A DNA stretch of 64,000 bases from Octopus vulgaris (taxonomy: Eukaryota): the NCBI GenBank assembly GCA_951406725.2, contig OX597826.1:55304001-55368000 (forward strand), written 5' to 3'. Positions 58,332-64,000 of the stretch are shown one piece after another (positions within the stretch are counted from its first letter, which is position 1; the number at the start of each line of letters is the position of its first letter). The notes beneath the pieces are model-generated. The model saw only the letters and a list, made by a program, of their open reading frames with translations, did not search any database and was not told where the DNA came from. The translations under genes and the position numbers were made by a program.

Positions 58332-58826
58332 CAAACTAGGACATCAAGTGTCACCGTGATATACGCCAGCAACACCGCCATGATTGAAACAACTGCCGCC
58401 ACCTTAAATTTTATTTCTATTAACAAGATACGACACCCAGTTTATTCAACGGTCGTACAGTATAAATGCTAAGACGTGAGTGTGTGTCTGTGTGCGGGTG
58501 AGCCTTAGAGTAAAGGCCAATAGTATAATAAGTATAGTCAAGTCGGAAATGCAAACAAGCTCACATTTTCATGCATATATAAGACAGGACAGGCGGTATA
58601 TCTTTGAAGTAATCCAAATACATGCCGTAATGGATAAACGAGCTTGCTATGGCATATATCAATGACTAATAGCTTCAAAGTGAAAAAAAATACAACAACT
58701 ATTAAAGCTGTTACGTACAAATCATTTCAGGGGATCATGGCTGCTCTGCTGTATTACTGCAAAACCTTAAGTGAATGTAATTGATATTGAATATTTACAG
58801 CACTGTAGTGCTGAGAGAAAAGTAAG

Positions 58827-58967
<141 letters not shown>

Positions 58968-59074
58968 AATGCCCTGACGCAGTACCAAGCACTGGTTTTC
59001 ATAGCTTCTGATCTTAACTGATTGGAAGTGCTATCATGTACATGTTTTGTGTTGGTATATATTATATATATATT

Positions 59075-59106
<32 letters not shown>

Positions 59107-59537
59107 AGCCATAGCAGATATTCTGTTCAATACCACAGATTTGCTTGTCAGTTATTTTCCCTTAAACCAGTTGAGATTGTCCTTTAGTGGCTGACGATAT
59201 GTGCATCTCCGATCACGAGCAGAAGTAGTTGGGGAGCATCATAGCCATATGTTGAGAGGAATTCTTTGAGGCTTGAACAATTTTCACCTCTAGAAACATT
59301 TGTACTTCGTTAAACATACTTAAACAAACCTTATTCAGGGACATTTTAAGCGGGATGGGCTACACGATCTGAAAAAGAAACTAGCTAAGCACCCACCTGC
59401 AAAATCATGCGCTGTTTCTCTTGATATGAAGTCACCAGGTCTCCACATATTGTTGTGATGCAGGTGCTTGCTGTACCCTTATCAGACGGCGTGTCATGAT
59501 GGGTATACTGGAGTTCGTATTTTACTTCAGTGTCACA
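58968..59537 (+). mobile_element. ~550-bp (TAA)n-associated element, copy 2 (older, with a (TA)n insertion)
   Basis: Collinear with 63356-63902; preceded by (TAA)n(TAG)n. Confidence 0.88.
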
Positions 59538-59540
59538 CTG

Positions 59541-59752
59541 AGAACACCCACTTTTCCCACGAACTTTGAATAACCCATTCCTACTCAACGTGTCGAACGC
59601 CTTTTCCAAGTCAACGAATGCAATGTAGAGAGGTTCGTTCTGTCCCCTGCACTTCTCTTGTAACTGCCTAAGGGAGAAAATCATATCCATCGTGGATCGT
59701 CTGGATCTGAAACCACTTTTAGTTTTGGGGTAGACCCTTTCTGCTAGTTTCC
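59541..59752 (-). pseudogene. RTE/BovB-like reverse transcriptase fragment
   Basis: LAERVYPKTKSGFRSRRSTMDMIFSLRQLQEKCRGQNEPLYIAFVDLEKAFDTLSRNGLFKV. Confidence 0.92.
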
Positions 59753-59991
59753 AAAAACACACACACACACACATGTATCAAAGGATATACATATAAATTC
59801 TTACATTCATATATGCATACATTCAAATATTCATTGATAAACACACGCACAGCACACACTAGAGCGAGCACGCACACAAACTGAAATCAACCGACACAGA
59901 GTCATCTGGTTTTTATTGTTATATAATTTTCTTTAGTCATTGCGCGGTGATCACTTTTAAGCTTTAAGCTTATAAAATACTATTATTATTA

Positions 59992-60115
<124 letters not shown>

Positions 60116-60184
60116 CAAAATTGTAAAACTCGACGCTGCTTAAAATAACCATCGCACATATATATAAGCATATGTATGCATATG

Positions 60185-60224
<40 letters not shown>

Positions 60225-60227
<3 letters not shown>

Positions 60228-60422
60228 AGAGTTTACGAAAAAAAAAAGACGAAGGCAGGTGGTGTACAAAACAAACAGATGTATTAGTATAACGCTCAGG
60301 AATAGAAAAAGGCTTTTACGTTTCGAGCCTACGCTCTTCTACAGAAAGGGACACAGAAAAAACAAGGAGAGAAAAAAAGGAGAGAAAAAATGTGTGTAGT
60401 GGCTAACGATCTATCATGGCGA
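60225..60422 (-). mobile_element. Short element in (TA)n, probable solo PLE terminal repeat (family 3)
   Basis: ~200-bp unique insert between (TA)n runs carrying a hammerhead-like motif at 60313-60348. Confidence 0.55.
60313..60348 (-). ncRNA. Variant minimal hammerhead-like motif
   Basis: Revcomp reads cttt-CTGTAGA-a-gagc-gtag-gctc-GAAACGTA-aaag: 4-bp stem I, 4-bp stem II, GUA site; A6 replaced by U. Confidence 0.55.
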
Positions 60423-61392
60423 CATGATATATATACATATATATATCATGTCGACTATATATATATATATAACGCGACATTATATATATATATATATATA
60501 ACGTTGAACTATAGGATTACTCCAGTTTTTTTAGAAAGTATATTTTGAGATATTAATTCTAACAAGTAAAACGATAAAAGGCTGACAGGAAACTGGAAGT
60601 TTTGGTCCGCTTCTCCTTATCAAACGCTCCTCTGTCGTTGAACAAAATGAATATTCGAAGTCACTATCAGTATTTTCTTGTTAAAAATTAAAACACACGC
60701 ACGCACGCACGGATAGATACACGCACATGCGTACCTGTCTGTCTGTGAATGAAGGTGAATATACACGACTACGTAGCGGTGTGTGTGTGTGTGTTGCAAA
60801 AATCGAACTGCTCTGATACTATTCATTTTCGGCGTTCTTTAAAAAAAAAACTCTTTAAATAACTCACATCAACGATCAAATATTTTATATTTAACCATCG
60901 TCAAATGACCGATAATTGTCATTAATTCGTTCTCAATATATCTTCAAGTAGGAGTTAGTCCATATTTTGGTTTTATGTTACCTCATGCTTCTTGCCAATG
61001 ATTGTTACCTGTTCGGTATCTTTTTTTTTTTTTTTTTTTATGAATATATTTTTTTTATTTGTTTATTCTTTATTCCGTTTTAGTATTAATGTGAAACTAA
61101 ACGCCAGAACGATTTTAGAAATTCAAAATTATTAACAGAATAAAACGCCATAATTCAATTCTGAAGTTTGGAATCTATTTATTTTCTCTCCTTTTTCTTT
61201 ATATTAATTATTTCATTTTAATCTTGTTTTATTTTTGTTTATTCATTTATGTATTTATTTATTGTTAAAAAATAAACGGTAGAACAAGAAAAGAAAACGT
61301 TTATATTCAAAAATACATTTAATGAAGTAATCATTATTCTTAAATCTTTTTTCATCTTTCTTGTTGTTGCGTTATCAAATAATTCCGTATAC

Positions 61393-61475
<83 letters not shown>

Positions 61476-61875
61476 CTTATACGCAACGCCTATAACATAC
61501 ATACACATATTCACACATATATTTAAATGTTCCTATATGTATGTATGTATGTATGTATGCATGCATGTATGTATGTATGTATGAGCTGTAATGGTGAACA
61601 GGTTCGCTTTGCCACCGCCTGATTCCGGATTTGATATCATTCAATGTGTGACATTTTGGCTACGCATCATTTCGTTAGCACTAGTTAAATAATACCAGAT
61701 GAGTTAAGCTTAATAGATGAAAATCATACGGAAGCCTGCTATAGATCTACGTACACACACATAGACACACACACACGCACACACATATATACATATATAT
61801 ACATTGATACACGCATACATACATACATACATGCATATATATATAGGTGAAAGAGTTAGTATGTGAAAGCACGTG

Positions 61876-61921
<46 letters not shown>

Positions 61922-62158
61922 TATTTATATATATGAACTATAATATTTATTGTTAGTGAATTCAAAAATTTTGCCGGATCACACTGAATATGCCCCGAGG
62001 CGAAACTTGAGTGGTTTTGAGAAAACGAACTGTGTATAATGTATTATATTCTACTTTCATTTTTAAATCTGCTCTTTGGTAGATGTTTTTGGGAAATTCC
62101 TGACCTTGCTCTAAATTAATAATTTTCCAACCCACATAACACAACTGAAATAAGATTC

Positions 62159-62759
62159 CATCATCATCATCATCCTTCGGAACTCCATTGACAATCCCTT
62201 TCCACATTACACGCTCCAGCATTGCTGGGTTCAGAACTCTAATATCCAGCCCTGAGTCCTGAGATATAGTATCTGGTAATGCCAGTTTCCCGGAGAAGAC
62301 ATTTCCAGAATGATACCAGATGTGATAACCTTTTTCTCAACTCGATCATAGCGGCCAGCAAATTGTAGCCGTTTCTGCTTTAGCTTGGGGGATATTGGTA
62401 ACAGATTTCTGTAGATGTTACTAAGTGTTGTGTGTGATCGATCTCCAACTGAATTTCAGTATCTGATGGAGAGACTGATCTCTTTGAATTTGAAGCAGGT
62501 GTTCTGCAGGGTGACACACTCGCTCCTTTCTTGTTCATCATTGTTCTCGACTGTGTCCTACGCTTTTTCCCAAACGGTATGGAGAAAAAGGGACCCCTTT
62601 TGAATCCCTGCCAGAGCAGTCAGCATTGTGCAGAATATTTAACTGATCTTGACTTTACTAATGATCTTGCCTTGATATCTCATTGTATTAAATATGCAGA
62701 ATCTTTGTTAGAAGCACTGGAGAAAGCAGCAAACCAGGTCGGCCTTTGCTGCAACGAAA

Positions 62760-62760
<1 letters not shown>
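62159..62760. pseudogene. RTE-type LINE remnant with an inverted 5' segment
   Basis: 62390-62760 (+): DGETDLFEFEAGVLQGDTLAPFLFIIVLDCVLR...LTDLDFTNDLAL...VGLCCNE. 62159-62386 (-): KLKQKRLQFAG...AMLERVMWKGIV plus a (GAT)n tail. Confidence 0.85.
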
Positions 62761-63280
<520 letters not shown>

Positions 63281-63296
63281 AATAATAATAATAATG

Positions 63297-63351
<55 letters not shown>

Positions 63352-63355
63352 TAAT

Positions 63356-63902
63356 ATGCAGTACCAGGCAGTGGCTCTCATGGCTTCTGATCTTAACTGA
63401 TTGGAAGTGTTATCACGTACATTGTTTTGTCTTGGTATAAAAGATGGGTTACAGCAAATATTCTGCTCAATACCACAGATTTGCTTGTCAGTTGTTTGAC
63501 CTTAACCAGTTGAGCATGTCCCTTAGTGGCTGACGATATGTGCATCTCTGATCACGAGCAGAAGTAGTGGCGGAGCATCATAGCCATGTGTTGAGAGGAA
63601 TTCTTTGGGGTTTGAATAATTCACCTCTGGAAACATGGGTGTTTCGTTCAACATCCTTAAGCAACTCTTATTCAGGGACCTTTTGAGCGGATGGGCTACT
63701 CAACCTGAAGAAAATTCTAACTGGGCCCCACCTGCAAGGTCATGTGCTGTTTATCTTGATATGAGATCACCATGTCGCGCACATATGGTTGTGATGCATG
63801 TGCCTGGTGCACCCTTATCAGGCGGGTAGTCATGATGGGTATATTGGGCTTCGTATATTTTACCCCAGTGTCACTTTGATGGCATGCACTGCTCTCTCAC
63901 TC
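63356..63902 (+). mobile_element. ~550-bp (TAA)n-associated element, copy 3 (best preserved)
   Basis: Flanked by (AAT)n on both sides; collinear with copies 1 and 2. Confidence 0.9.
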
Positions 63903-63910
63903 AATAATAA

Positions 63911-64000
63911 TTCCAGTACATACAGACCGAACCATCAAGGCCAGTAAACCAGATATTGTTGTGAAAGACCAAAACAATAAAGTTTGCTTATTGATCGACA
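63911..64000 (+). mobile_element. 5'-truncated Dong/R4-type LINE (second subfamily), running off the window
   Basis: PVHTDRTIKASKPDIVVKDQNNKVCLLID is homologous to PIHTDREIKANRPDIVVRDHEEKKCFLID of the 24898-25584 ORF; starts after (AAT)n. Confidence 0.88.

Noticed and set aside
60573-60621. tttggtccgcttc resembling the start of miR-133
   Set aside because: The 3' half and star arm do not match miR-133, and the hairpin is weak.

Overview
AT-rich, repeat-saturated eukaryotic DNA. It is most likely a cephalopod (Octopus-like) intron or intergenic region; this is inferred from the SINE families and the extreme (TA)n/(CA)n/(TAA)n/(TATC)n load. No complete host gene is visible, and almost all ORFs in the supplied track are microsatellite artefacts. 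Recognisable content: three tRNA-derived SINE types (dozens of copies, often nested or inverted); young (TAA)n-targeted Dong/R4-type LINE 3' ends; decayed RTE, R4, CR1/L2 and Jockey/I-like LINE pieces; several Penelope-like element (PLE) remnants; Tc1/mariner-type MITEs; a 617-bp foldback MITE with an 8-bp TSD and a TTAGGG loop; and a non-autonomous Helitron carrying a phased A/T-tract satellite. The most interesting signals are four. (i) Three unrelated PLE terminal repeats each carry a minimal hammerhead-ribozyme motif; one family couples a tRNA-like Pol III cassette to the hammerhead, and another sits in a rod-like fold. (ii) A ~550-bp non-coding structured element occurs three times next to (TAA)n tracts. 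(iii) There is a candidate 27-nt neural-type microexon. (iv) There is a candidate 69-nt exon whose donor site is folded into an exon-intron hairpin. All calls were made by eye, and boundaries of decayed elements are approximate.
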